Assembly (NCBI GenBank): GCA_964459595.1
Contig: CAYWLV010000001.1
Location: 84,056 to 148,055 of the forward strand
DNA from: an uncultured Gammaproteobacteria bacterium
GTDB lineage: Bacteria > Patescibacteriota > Microgenomatia > UBA1406 > GWC2-37-13
Length of the DNA stretch: 64,000 nt
Direction of reading: 5' to 3'
The first letter of the stretch is position 1. Every line of letters begins with the position of its first letter. Made by a program: the position numbers and the translations under genes. The notes under the pieces were generated by a model. That model had not been told where the DNA came from, did no database searches, and worked only from the letters and a program-made list of their open reading frames with translations. Below, one piece after another: positions 9,603-18,620 of this stretch.

Positions 9603-10623
9603 ATTGTTTTACTATTTTTTTTAGTTTGAAAATAATCAGCGAGATATAATCATTATACCGATAAACCCCTCCCCATACACGCGCAATGTATTCTCTTCTA
9701 TTCTCAATATTTTGAAATCTCTCAAATATCTTTTTATCTGCTATTTTTTGCTTATTGTGGCGAAAGATAAAGTATGAAAACAACTGCGGCACTACTCCCC
9801 TTCTCGTATATAATTCATCCAATTCAAGTATTTTCTTCACATGAGAGACTGCATTTTTTTTATGCAAGTTTGGATTATGCGTGAGAAGTAAATATGCTAT
9901 TCCTCCTCCAGTATTGTGTTGTTCCCATAATGTTAAGTATCGGTTGAGCGTTTGGAGTATTAGTTCAGAATGAATTGCCTCTGTAGGATCTTCTTCAAGC
10001 ATCACGGGAACGGATGGGTAGAGTAGCATTGGGTGCTGCTTTGAGGAGGGCAATTGATTATTAATGCGTTGTACTAATCGCCATTGAGCACTTGTATATT
10101 GATTTCTGTGAGGACCGATATAATCAAAATTTACAAAAATACCGTTATTCGAAAGTGAGTTGGCTAGGCAGTGAATGAAAGAATTTATATATTGGATATG
10201 ATGAAGTCCCGCGACATTTACAATTAAATCAAATGAGCCCTTTTTAAACGTAATTGTATTCGCATCAGCACAAATATACTTGATGTCTCGCTTTCTTTTT
10301 AATTTCTTTGCTTGTTTGATAAGGTCTGTAGAGTAGTCAAATGCAACTGCACTTTTTACGATTTTCTTGTCGATAAATTCTCGTTCAATTCTTCCATTTC
10401 CACAATTTATAAAGAGAGCTTTTTTAAATGGCTTATGAGCATATTTTCTTTTGAACTCGTCAATCCACCAGACATTTTTATCTCCTGTAAAGTTGGCACA
10501 CATGTATTCTCGAACGAGTGGAATATCGTTCCAATAGGTATTTTTGTAGTAGACAGAAAAGTTATTATTAACCACCGTACCGTTTCCCATTGTGCCTATT
10601 GTATCAAAACTATTTTGATACAA
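9568..10623 (-). CDS. Class I SAM-dependent methyltransferase
   Basis: ALFINCGNGRIEREF (motif I-like)...DLIVNVAGLHHI...NGIFVNFDY. Confidence 0.6.
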   Translation of the reverse strand: MYQNSFDTIGTMGNGTVVNNNFSVYYKNTYWNDIPLVREYMCANFTGDKNVWWIDEFKRKYAHKPFKKALFINCGNGRIEREFIDKKIVKSAVAFDYSTDLIKQAKKLKRKRDIKYICADANTITFKKGSFDLIVNVAGLHHIQYINSFIHCLANSLSNNGIFVNFDYIGPHRNQYTSAQWRLVQRINNQLPSSKQHPMLLYPSVPVMLEEDPTEAIHSELILQTLNRYLTLWEQHNTGGGIAYLLLTHNPNLHKKNAVSHVKKILELDELYTRRGVVPQLFSYFIFRHNKQKIADKKIFERFQNIENRREYIARVWGGVYRYNDYISLIIFKLKKIVKQYVIPLLQRHRS

Positions 10624-10632
10624 TGGCTTAAT

Positions 10633-12228
10633 ATGAGGAAATACATCATTCTGATATTACTTCTAGCTTTTGCTGCATCAATCCGTTTATATCAATCCGG
10701 TCTTCCCATCTCTGAAGTCGACTATCCTGGGCACATAGTTGCCTCTATGAGACTATTTTCTTCTTCCCTCATATCGCTACGGCCGTCATCCAACTTAATA
10801 ATTCAACTATTTTCATTTCGTCATGGATATACAACTCAACTATTTCCAGCGGTCTTTTATTCTATTTTTCATCTACTCCTTAAATTTCCCATCACAGAAA
10901 GTACGCTTGCTATCACTAATATTTCAATAGGAATAATTAGCTTACTGGTAATTTTCTTTTTCATTTATACGTTGTGGGACAAAAAGACAGCATTAATAGC
11001 TTTGACATTATTTTCAATTCTTCCCATACATGTAAGTTTGAGTAGAGTGCATGTGGGTACCCAGCTTATTCAAGGTATATTTTTCTTCTTATCAATAACG
11101 TTTATTTATCGTTATATTCAAAAACAAAATCAATTTGATAAGAACTTGTATTATGTCACTACATTCTTTCTCATTGGTTCGGATAATATATTTCCGGTGA
11201 GTTTAGCGCTTCATATTTTGCTTCTTTGGTATTTAAGCAATAATTCTCGTCAAATGATGGGGAATTACATAAAAGTTTTGTACCTAAACTTACAATCGTT
11301 CGTGTGTATTGCTGCTCCAATCCTTTTATATATTTGCTTTGATGTGATACGACTTGTTAAGTATGGAAGTGAAGCACCAGGAGGGTTTTTATTTCGCACA
11401 CTGGGAAAAACATCTCACCTCTATTTCGATTTAATTCGACCGCTTAACTGGAGCATGCAACTTATTGGCATTCCCCTTGTCGTAACTTTCATCTATTTTA
11501 TGTTCAAATCACTCATATCAAAAAAAGGAAATTGGGAAAGTTCGTATATGTATTTGATTATTGTTATCTATTATCTTCTCCTCACTTATGGAAAGGAGGT
11601 AGAGCGCAGCTACATCTATTTTATTGCTGTACCACTTGTAGCGATTGTTGCAAGAAAAATCAATACACAAGGTCTTATTTTTCCTGTAGTAGTAATTTCA
11701 ACTTTCATCTATATGGTAAGTGTCATTTTTAACGTGCCGATAATAAATCCAACCATAAAAGCGTATGGGAGCACTCAATGGAGGAGTGAAGCACCTGATA
11801 ATGGACTTAAAACTCTTGGATATATTGTGCGAAAGCATATAGTAGCAGCAAACTCTACTTCATATGGAAAGCTGGTAAAGCTCAACATAATTCTTGATGC
11901 ACCAGGAGGATGGTATTATTTGGGAGATTATTTTTTTGATATACCTTCACATGATTTAAACGGGTCAACAAAGCTAATAAATACTTTATATATTGTACGA
12001 CAAGATATGAATAGAGAAGAAAATACCATCCTTAAGAATTATGTTGTCGTAAATAAACTCCGTAAGATAGCAGTAATAACTAAAAATAAAACTGAAATCC
12101 TTACATTATATTCACATTTGGCAACTGACAAGATTAAGGAATTCCCAATAAGTCAATATAACTCACTGTATGACAATGAGTTTGGAAATCTTAAATCTCT
12201 CGGAAAACTCTATCTAGGAATCTACTGA
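10633..12228 (+). CDS. Polytopic membrane protein, candidate GT-C family glycosyltransferase
   Basis: The ORF is 10312-12228, but its first 107 codons are antisense to the neighbouring gene. The in-frame ATG at 10633 gives MRKYIILILLLAFAASIRLYQSG..., followed by many TM helices and a soluble C-terminus. Confidence 0.5.
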   Translation: MRKYIILILLLAFAASIRLYQSGLPISEVDYPGHIVASMRLFSSSLISLRPSSNLIIQLFSFRHGYTTQLFPAVFYSIFHLLLKFPITESTLAITNISIGIISLLVIFFFIYTLWDKKTALIALTLFSILPIHVSLSRVHVGTQLIQGIFFFLSITFIYRYIQKQNQFDKNLYYVTTFFLIGSDNIFPVSLALHILLLWYLSNNSRQMMGNYIKVLYLNLQSFVCIAAPILLYICFDVIRLVKYGSEAPGGFLFRTLGKTSHLYFDLIRPLNWSMQLIGIPLVVTFIYFMFKSLISKKGNWESSYMYLIIVIYYLLLTYGKEVERSYIYFIAVPLVAIVARKINTQGLIFPVVVISTFIYMVSVIFNVPIINPTIKAYGSTQWRSEAPDNGLKTLGYIVRKHIVAANSTSYGKLVKLNIILDAPGGWYYLGDYFFDIPSHDLNGSTKLINTLYIVRQDMNREENTILKNYVVVNKLRKIAVITKNKTEILTLYSHLATDKIKEFPISQYNSLYDNEFGNLKSLGKLYLGIY

Positions 12229-13202
12229 GATCTTATCAGATTAAACACAAACGCTTTTAAGCGCTCATATATCTTAAAGAAGATAAAAAAATGAGATTGA
12301 ACAATACGATTATATTGCTGCTCAATATAGCTTTGATTTTGAGCAACGGTTCTAAGCCGCACAATTTCATCTATTAGCAAACTTGAATTTATATCAATCT
12401 TTTTCCGATTGGCAAAATGCTCTGTATAGCGAGATTTATTTAGACGTAAGTATTTGGGTAACTCAGATAGGGCAACTGAATAAAATCGTATTGGTCGCTC
12501 AAAAATATCCAAATTATTATCAATATAGAGAGGCATCCTCTTGATAAGCTCTGGTGAGTTAAATTCTTGGTGAATATAAGCCTTTATCTTTTCAATAATT
12601 TTTTTTTGACCTCCTAAAAATGAAAAATGCCATCCCCCATTCTGAATCAAACTGACAGATGTAGTCTCCCTCAAATATTGCATATATTCTATATTCATAA
12701 ACTGAGCTGCTCGTGTTCCTATCCATTTCTCTTTCGACTTTAAGTCAAAGTAGTAGTAATGAAAGGTCTGTTCAAATCCAAAAAAGCGCGCTTTATGAAT
12801 CTGTTTTTTGAGTTGTCTTACAGCACTAGCTTTAGGGATTTCATCTACATCGCTGAGAAGTATTATATCTTTTGGCTTTGCATTTTTTAGCCCGTGGCAA
12901 ATTGAGTTGCGATGAATATGTTCATTAATCCCAGCTTGTATATCTTGGGTAGGATAGCCGTGAGGATAGGGCTTCAGAAGTGAAAGTTCACTATAATCAT
13001 TTATTACAATATGAATAATTTTATGTAGATAGCTACTAAATCGATGTTTATTATCATTAAAGTGGAGCGGCTTTTTTTTACCAGTATGAGTAAGTTTAGA
13101 TTCAACAAGAACAAATGTATCGACAATCTTTGACAGCTCTTTCAATCGAATTTCTAAAAGATCAAGTTCATTATAAAAAATGAAAGTGTCAAATATTTTC
13201 AT
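12222..13202 (-). CDS. Glycosyltransferase family 17-like (beta-1,4-mannosyl-glycoprotein GlcNAc-transferase family)
   Basis: The N-terminus MKIFDTFIFYNELDLLEIRLKEL..VDTFVLVES..TH.GKKKPL matches the GT17 N-terminal signature as I recall it. Confidence 0.6.
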   Translation of the reverse strand: MKIFDTFIFYNELDLLEIRLKELSKIVDTFVLVESKLTHTGKKKPLHFNDNKHRFSSYLHKIIHIVINDYSELSLLKPYPHGYPTQDIQAGINEHIHRNSICHGLKNAKPKDIILLSDVDEIPKASAVRQLKKQIHKARFFGFEQTFHYYYFDLKSKEKWIGTRAAQFMNIEYMQYLRETTSVSLIQNGGWHFSFLGGQKKIIEKIKAYIHQEFNSPELIKRMPLYIDNNLDIFERPIRFYSVALSELPKYLRLNKSRYTEHFANRKKIDINSSLLIDEIVRLRTVAQNQSYIEQQYNRIVQSHFFIFFKIYERLKAFVFNLIRSQ

Positions 13203-14032
13203 AATAATCTTAATATTTTTTTTCTAATATTACAATAAATTTGCCAGGCATTGTAAACTTTTGATGATTGAATTATTTCTAAATCTTGATTCTTTCTATC
13301 TAACAGTAAGTTAAGTTCGTTGATATATAAAATTAATGAATGTTTTTTTTGAACTTCTAGCCTTTTGTTAAAATTATATGTTTCCCTGTATTTGTTTTGT
13401 AGTTTAAGTTCTATTTTCTTTAATTTATTAAAAATAGATTTATTTCTGATAATAAGGCCTAAACCTTCTGAGTGATGAAAAGATATAGTATTTTGTTTTT
13501 CTTTAATCTCTTTCCATAGTTTATGTACGCCAAAACCTCTAGACAGCACATCTATATCATGAAGCATGATAACTCCATCGTCCTTTACTTTGGGTGACCA
13601 CTTTAGATAGTCGTTTTTAACAGCCTCGTAAGTGTGCATCCCATCGATATGAAGCAAATCTATCGAGTTATCTTTAAAACTTAGCACCGCATCGTCAAAA
13701 TACTTTTTTACTAAGGATATATTAATTTTTTTATATATATTATTTGATATATATCTTACGTTTTTTAGAATATCGCTACCATATCTTCCAGTATGGTCTT
13801 CGCCTTCCCAGCAATCAATTGCATAGATTTTAGATCGCAATTTACCGTCAAGAACAGCCTGACTAAATGAAAATAATGATGTACCTTTATATGTTCCTAA
13901 TTCAACTATCACTTTAGGTCGAATATTTCTAATTAGGTCATATCCAAAGAATATATGACCAGTCCATGGAAGGTGGTAGTCGTACATTACCGCATGATAG
14001 TCATACGTTGGTCTATATGATTTCCAATTCAT
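13199..14032 (-). CDS. Class I SAM-dependent methyltransferase (Methyltransf_24/CmcI-like)
   Basis: VIVELGTYKGTSLFSF...IDCWEGEDHTG...DLLHIDGMHTYEAV...IMLHDI. The ATG at 14032 forms an ATGA overlap with the upstream stop. The ORF track start at 14113 is less likely. Confidence 0.6.
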   Translation of the reverse strand: MNWKSYRPTYDYHAVMYDYHLPWTGHIFFGYDLIRNIRPKVIVELGTYKGTSLFSFSQAVLDGKLRSKIYAIDCWEGEDHTGRYGSDILKNVRYISNNIYKKINISLVKKYFDDAVLSFKDNSIDLLHIDGMHTYEAVKNDYLKWSPKVKDDGVIMLHDIDVLSRGFGVHKLWKEIKEKQNTISFHHSEGLGLIIRNKSIFNKLKKIELKLQNKYRETYNFNKRLEVQKKHSLILYINELNLLLDRKNQDLEIIQSSKVYNAWQIYCNIRKKILRLL

Positions 14033-14835
14033 TTTTGGGCTTGAAGCACAGTGATTTGTGCAGAATTTGTCAACATTAAATAGAACAAAATGAGTGGAAT
14101 TTTTATTTTCCAAGGAATGAATTTAAGAAGACTATTATTTATATGCATTAGAATTTCCCATGCCTCGTTAAACTGCGAGTCGACTTCGTATCTACTGTAA
14201 CCTTTAATATTTCTAAAACCATTTTTTGTTAACAACTTAATTCCAGGCTTTGGGGGGATAAAAGTTAAATGTTCAGCCAGTATCTGATACCATTGGTCTT
14301 TCATTAATCTATATAACAAGGATTCTGGGTTTGGTGTTTCGATATAGAAGTATGATTCATAAGCCATTACTCTTCTGACTTCTTTTAGTGTTAGATTGAT
14401 TTCTTTTAAGAATAAATGTTCTAGATGTTGAGAAGAAATAACTATATCTACACTATTATCTGGCAATGATATCTTAGTGCTACTAGAAATAATAAATCTT
14501 TGATATTTAGTGTCTTTAAAGTATTTTTTTAAATGAGGGTCAATATCAAGCCCGACATAGAATATTTTTGATTGAATCTTTTTATTTATATTTGCAATTG
14601 ACTTTACTAACAGCGCATCCCCACAGCCAATATCTAAAATATTTATATTTTTTCTTTTCAGTTTTTTGATAAGACTTATGAGTACTTTTTCAAAATGCCT
14701 GATTATATGATGTTGACGTTCGCCATAATGCAATATATTTTTTTTATTTCGAGTATCAATATAAGATCCGTAGTTGATTCGCCTATTATTAGTGTTTAAA
14801 TAGATACCTTCTTTATTTTGTCTAAAGCTCAGCAT
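14029..14835 (-). CDS. Class I SAM-dependent methyltransferase
   Basis: NILDIGCGDALL (motif I)...VDIVISSQHLEHL. Confidence 0.65.
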   Translation of the reverse strand: MLSFRQNKEGIYLNTNNRRINYGSYIDTRNKKNILHYGERQHHIIRHFEKVLISLIKKLKRKNINILDIGCGDALLVKSIANINKKIQSKIFYVGLDIDPHLKKYFKDTKYQRFIISSSTKISLPDNSVDIVISSQHLEHLFLKEINLTLKEVRRVMAYESYFYIETPNPESLLYRLMKDQWYQILAEHLTFIPPKPGIKLLTKNGFRNIKGYSRYEVDSQFNEAWEILMHINNSLLKFIPWKIKIPLILFYLMLTNSAQITVLQAQK

Positions 14836-14927
14836 AGTTAATTAGAAACAATGCTTTTAAAATTCGAGATTATTATATACTATTCTAGGATAATTTAATT
14901 AATTACTGCCTTAGGTGAAGATAATAT

Positions 14928-15923
14928 CTAGAGAATCCTTCTAACAATCTTATTATAAAAAGAAGTAATCCTGCTATAAGTTCTATCAACTAAAGTTATT
15001 GACTCAAAAAGATTACTATTCAAAAATATTGGCGGTTCCTTACGCAGTAAAATAGCCTCCTTACGAGAAGAATTAGTAACATCATTTTGAATATATGCAT
15101 CGATGAATGGAAATAATGAATATTTATCAAGAATAAGTTCCTTAGCCTTTCGAATATCTGGAAGAGATTGAGCATAATGGGAAGGATCATTTATTATTTT
15201 CAAAATTTGATTTGCTGTGTTCTGAGGGTGAGTGAGATCGATTTTTATATAGCTTCCCTTCGGAAAGTATGACTCGATATTTTTACATCCAAAATAAAAC
15301 GGGTATGTTTCTGTGAGATAGGCGTCTGCAAGTTTTTCTGTGAAGTAATCTTCATGTTGAGAGTTTTCAATGACGATAGAGTATTTATAGGGGCTGAGGG
15401 CTTCCCCCTTATCTGAAAAGTCTTGGATTCCTCTCCCAAATAAGTCTAGCCTATCCCCCAGTATCTTTTTAATCTCATGAGCAAAGGTTAATCGAGCCCT
15501 ATGGCCATCGGTGTAGAGCTTAGTAGAAGTGATGAGACAGATATCTTTTGTCTTTGCTGGGTGATTATCTTTAAGTTCTTCATATGGTTCTTTCACATAC
15601 CATGGGTTTGATTGTTGATTCCATATGATGTGAGGGTGATTTAAGTTTGTGTGACAAGTTACAAGTGTATAAAACTGGCGAATAAACCATTTTGAGTAGG
15701 TGCGAAACGTGGGAGGCTCCCAAGTAGTAAAAATAGTATGCTTTTTTGGACAAATTACTTCTTCATCAGTCTGGAGACCATCAAACACAAACCAGTAGTC
15801 GCATTCTTTTACAGAGTTATTTATTTCAAACTGATATTGTTCAAATCCAGATTTTGGTAGTTGATTGATAAGCGTCCATGTGGGACTTTCTGTAGTTATT
15901 TTGACAACCATCTTATTACTCAT
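14928..15923 (-). CDS. Glycosyltransferase family 10-like (alpha-1,3/4-fucosyltransferase family)
   Basis: YKYSIVIENSQHEDYFTEKLADAYLTETYPFYFG matches the GT10 signature FENS..DY.TEK...A.....P.Y.G. Confidence 0.6.
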   Translation of the reverse strand: MSNKMVVKITTESPTWTLINQLPKSGFEQYQFEINNSVKECDYWFVFDGLQTDEEVICPKKHTIFTTWEPPTFRTYSKWFIRQFYTLVTCHTNLNHPHIIWNQQSNPWYVKEPYEELKDNHPAKTKDICLITSTKLYTDGHRARLTFAHEIKKILGDRLDLFGRGIQDFSDKGEALSPYKYSIVIENSQHEDYFTEKLADAYLTETYPFYFGCKNIESYFPKGSYIKIDLTHPQNTANQILKIINDPSHYAQSLPDIRKAKELILDKYSLFPFIDAYIQNDVTNSSRKEAILLRKEPPIFLNSNLFESITLVDRTYSRITSFYNKIVRRIL

Positions 15924-17029
15924 CTAAATCGTTTCAACTTGTTTAATAGCGTCCACACTTTATAAAATTTACTTCGTACAATTTTTGCATGAAGGGGATA
16001 AATGGAGTTGTAGCCAAAAAAATTATTTGCTTCAATAGACTTTACCACGTACTCAACAAGTCCTGTATTTACCTTTTTTTCTTTAAAGTTCCATTTTGTA
16101 GATTCATATATATCAAGTAAATGTTTCACTACAACCTTTGATGAAAAGCAGTTCAGAGCTAGTGTTCTTAGTTGTAACCCGTATGATGCTTTGTACTTTT
16201 CCAATTCAAGAGCAATCGACGCAATACTAACTGGTTTGTTGAGCTCTTTACCGGTGAATCCCGCATCAAGTAGGACTTGAAAATTCGATGGAGTGATAAT
16301 TCCATCAAACCCAGTTTTGTCCAATATAATAGGCACTCTTCCACACAGCATAGCTTCCATTACTCCCCGCCCAAGAGAAAAAACAATGTCTGACTTGTTT
16401 ATGTATTCTGGTAAGTCACTATTCTTAACTTCTCCAAATTGCCCCCCCATAAATCTCACATCTATAGAATAGGATGCGCACGCATTCAGTATTTGTTTTC
16501 TAAGTAAATCGGGAAGTTTAGTAGACATTACAAGCGCTTTGTGTGGCGTATGATGAATGGGTGATTGCGGGTAAAAAAGATCCTCATTTATGATATTGTT
16601 TACTCGAAAAATGTGCTTTTTTGCAACTTTTTTGGAAATAAGATTCTTTTGAATCAACTCTGAAACAGCACCAAATCGTGAGATATTTATATCAATTAAT
16701 GGAGGTTGTTCGAGAAAGTGAATAGAACCATGAGATAGAAAGAATATAGGTAAATCGGGAAACTGGTGACGCACTTCAAGTGCAGTGATGTTGTGATGCA
16801 CATGGGCAATATCGAAATCTACTGCCGCATAGTCTGTGATATCTGTGGTAACTGGCACAAATATATCATCTAAGTCTTTCTCAAGTTTGCCCAGATATTT
16901 TGTATATACACACACGTCGTGTCCTTCCCGCTTGAGAGTGCGGGCGAGCTCAAAAGTGAATAGTTCTGTTCCACCATAATTTACTAAATGATGATTGGTA
17001 AGGAGTATTTTCATAGAGGTATAATTCAT
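15920..17029 (-). CDS. Glycosyltransferase family 4 (GT-B fold)
   Basis: MKILLTNHHLVNYGGTELFTFELARTLKREGHDV...GVMEAMLCGRVPI. Confidence 0.7.
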   Translation of the reverse strand: MNYTSMKILLTNHHLVNYGGTELFTFELARTLKREGHDVCVYTKYLGKLEKDLDDIFVPVTTDITDYAAVDFDIAHVHHNITALEVRHQFPDLPIFFLSHGSIHFLEQPPLIDINISRFGAVSELIQKNLISKKVAKKHIFRVNNIINEDLFYPQSPIHHTPHKALVMSTKLPDLLRKQILNACASYSIDVRFMGGQFGEVKNSDLPEYINKSDIVFSLGRGVMEAMLCGRVPIILDKTGFDGIITPSNFQVLLDAGFTGKELNKPVSIASIALELEKYKASYGLQLRTLALNCFSSKVVVKHLLDIYESTKWNFKEKKVNTGLVEYVVKSIEANNFFGYNSIYPLHAKIVRSKFYKVWTLLNKLKRFR

Positions 17030-17064
17030 TATACGGGTAACTTGTGATTTGATACAATAAGAAG

Positions 17065-17865
17065 ATGCAGAAGATTGGCAAGCTGTTTAAGAACTTGAAG
17101 CTCCTTTGGAACTATCGGGAGCTGTTGTGGAACTTGGCAAACCGCGAAATTACGCAGCGCTATAAGCAAAGTGTGCTCGGATATGCATGGGTGATACTCA
17201 ATCCCCTTTTTCAGCTTATCGTGATGAGTTTTGTTTTTGATGTGGTATTGAGAGTTTCTTCGCTTGGAGTACCGTTTATTTTGTTCCTTTCTGCAGCACT
17301 CCTGCCTTGGAACTTATTTACGCAAAGCCTCACATCATCATCAAATGTCCTCGTAAGCAATAGCCACTTAATCACAAAAATATATTTCCCCAGAGAAATA
17401 CTTGTATACAGCACCATCATTGCAAAAATGGTGGACTTTTTTTACTCCTGCCTTGTACTTATATTTTTCCTTATCATATTTAAAATCCCCGTCACCATTT
17501 ATTATCTCTGGCTCCCCCTCATTTTTGTTATTCAGCTTTTTCTGATGGCAGGCATTGCTCTTCTTGTTGCAGCACTCAATTTATTTTATCGTGATATTCA
17601 ATACCTCCTCACACTTATCCTCCTTTTGTGGATGTATGTGACACCCATCATGTACCCAATTGAGATGATTCCAGCACAGTATCGCTTTATTATGTCACTG
17701 AACCCCATGGCTGTAATTGTGAATGCATATAGACAGGTACTTCTTTCAGGGAATCCTCCCAATTTGTATAGCTTGACTGTGGCGGGATTAATTTCATTTG
17801 CTGTATTTGCATTTGGATTTACCGTGTTTAAAAAGTTAGAAGGAGAGTTTGCAGACTATGTCTAA
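17065..17865 (+). CDS. ABC-2 type polysaccharide/teichoic-acid export permease (Wzm/TagG-like)
   Basis: ELLWNLANREITQRYKQSVLGYAWVILNPL is followed by 6 TM helices. The partner ATPase gene lies directly downstream. Confidence 0.8.
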   Translation: MQKIGKLFKNLKLLWNYRELLWNLANREITQRYKQSVLGYAWVILNPLFQLIVMSFVFDVVLRVSSLGVPFILFLSAALLPWNLFTQSLTSSSNVLVSNSHLITKIYFPREILVYSTIIAKMVDFFYSCLVLIFFLIIFKIPVTIYYLWLPLIFVIQLFLMAGIALLVAALNLFYRDIQYLLTLILLLWMYVTPIMYPIEMIPAQYRFIMSLNPMAVIVNAYRQVLLSGNPPNLYSLTVAGLISFAVFAFGFTVFKKLEGEFADYV

Positions 17866-18595
17866 TATCGCAATCCATGCAGAAAATGTTTGTAAAAAAT
17901 ATCATCTGCAAAAGCAGAGGACGTTTAAAGAGTTTCTCCCTGCTCTTTTGGGTGGTGCGGATACGGTAATTAAATTTAACGCGCTCTCTCACCTGAATTT
18001 TGAACTGGAAAAAGGAGATTCACTGGGGATCTTGGGAAAAAATGGATCGGGAAAATCAACACTTCTTAAGGTGATTGCTGGAGTGACAAAGCCGAGTGAT
18101 GGGCGCATCACAGTGCGAGGGCGTGTTGCTCCATTAATTGAACTGGGAGCTGGATTTCACCCAGAGCTAACAGGCCGAGAAAATGTATATCTCAATGGTT
18201 CTATTTTGGGAATTAAACATCGCGATATGGAAAAACTATTTCCATCTATTGTGGCATTTGCAGAACTTGAAGAGTTTATGGACCAGCCAACGAAATATTA
18301 TTCATCGGGAATGTATATGCGCCTTGCATTTGCTGTGGCAGTTGCAGAAACGCCAGACATTCTTCTCGTGGATGAGATATTGGCGGTGGGAGACCAAAAA
18401 TTTCAAAAGAAATGCTTGAACAGAATGGAAGAGTTTAAAAAAAGTGGGAGCACCATGATGATGGTGAGCCACAGCCCTGAACAACTCAAAAAATATTGCA
18501 ACAAAGGGTTAGTCCTTCATGCAGGCAAGCAGCTTTTCTACGGAAATATGGAGCAGGCAGAGGCAATTTATGACGAGATAATGGAGCAAGCATAA
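17849..18595 (+). CDS. ABC transporter ATP-binding protein (Wzt/TagH-like, without a C-terminal glycan-binding domain)
   Basis: Walker A GKNGSGKSTLLK, signature SSGMYMRLAFA and Walker B LLVDEILAVGD. An alternative start exists at 17858. Confidence 0.85.
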   Translation: MQTMSNIAIHAENVCKKYHLQKQRTFKEFLPALLGGADTVIKFNALSHLNFELEKGDSLGILGKNGSGKSTLLKVIAGVTKPSDGRITVRGRVAPLIELGAGFHPELTGRENVYLNGSILGIKHRDMEKLFPSIVAFAELEEFMDQPTKYYSSGMYMRLAFAVAVAETPDILLVDEILAVGDQKFQKKCLNRMEEFKKSGSTMMMVSHSPEQLKKYCNKGLVLHAGKQLFYGNMEQAEAIYDEIMEQA

Positions 18596-18620
18596 ATAAA
18601 TATGCTACAATGATTTTCTC

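Noticed and set aside
10312-10632. A 107-codon N-terminal extension of the membrane protein ORF 10312-12228.
   Set aside because: The extension is wholly antisense to the methyltransferase gene 9568-10623. The in-frame ATG at 10633 starts a typical signal-anchor sequence right after that gene.
14029-14032. Alternative genetic code (UGA recoding, as in some candidate phyla).
   Set aside because: Full-length conserved proteins (gyrA, gyrB, lepA, the aaRS genes) are obtained with the standard code. TGA also serves as a stop at typical ATGA/GTGA gene junctions (14029-14032, 4125-4128).
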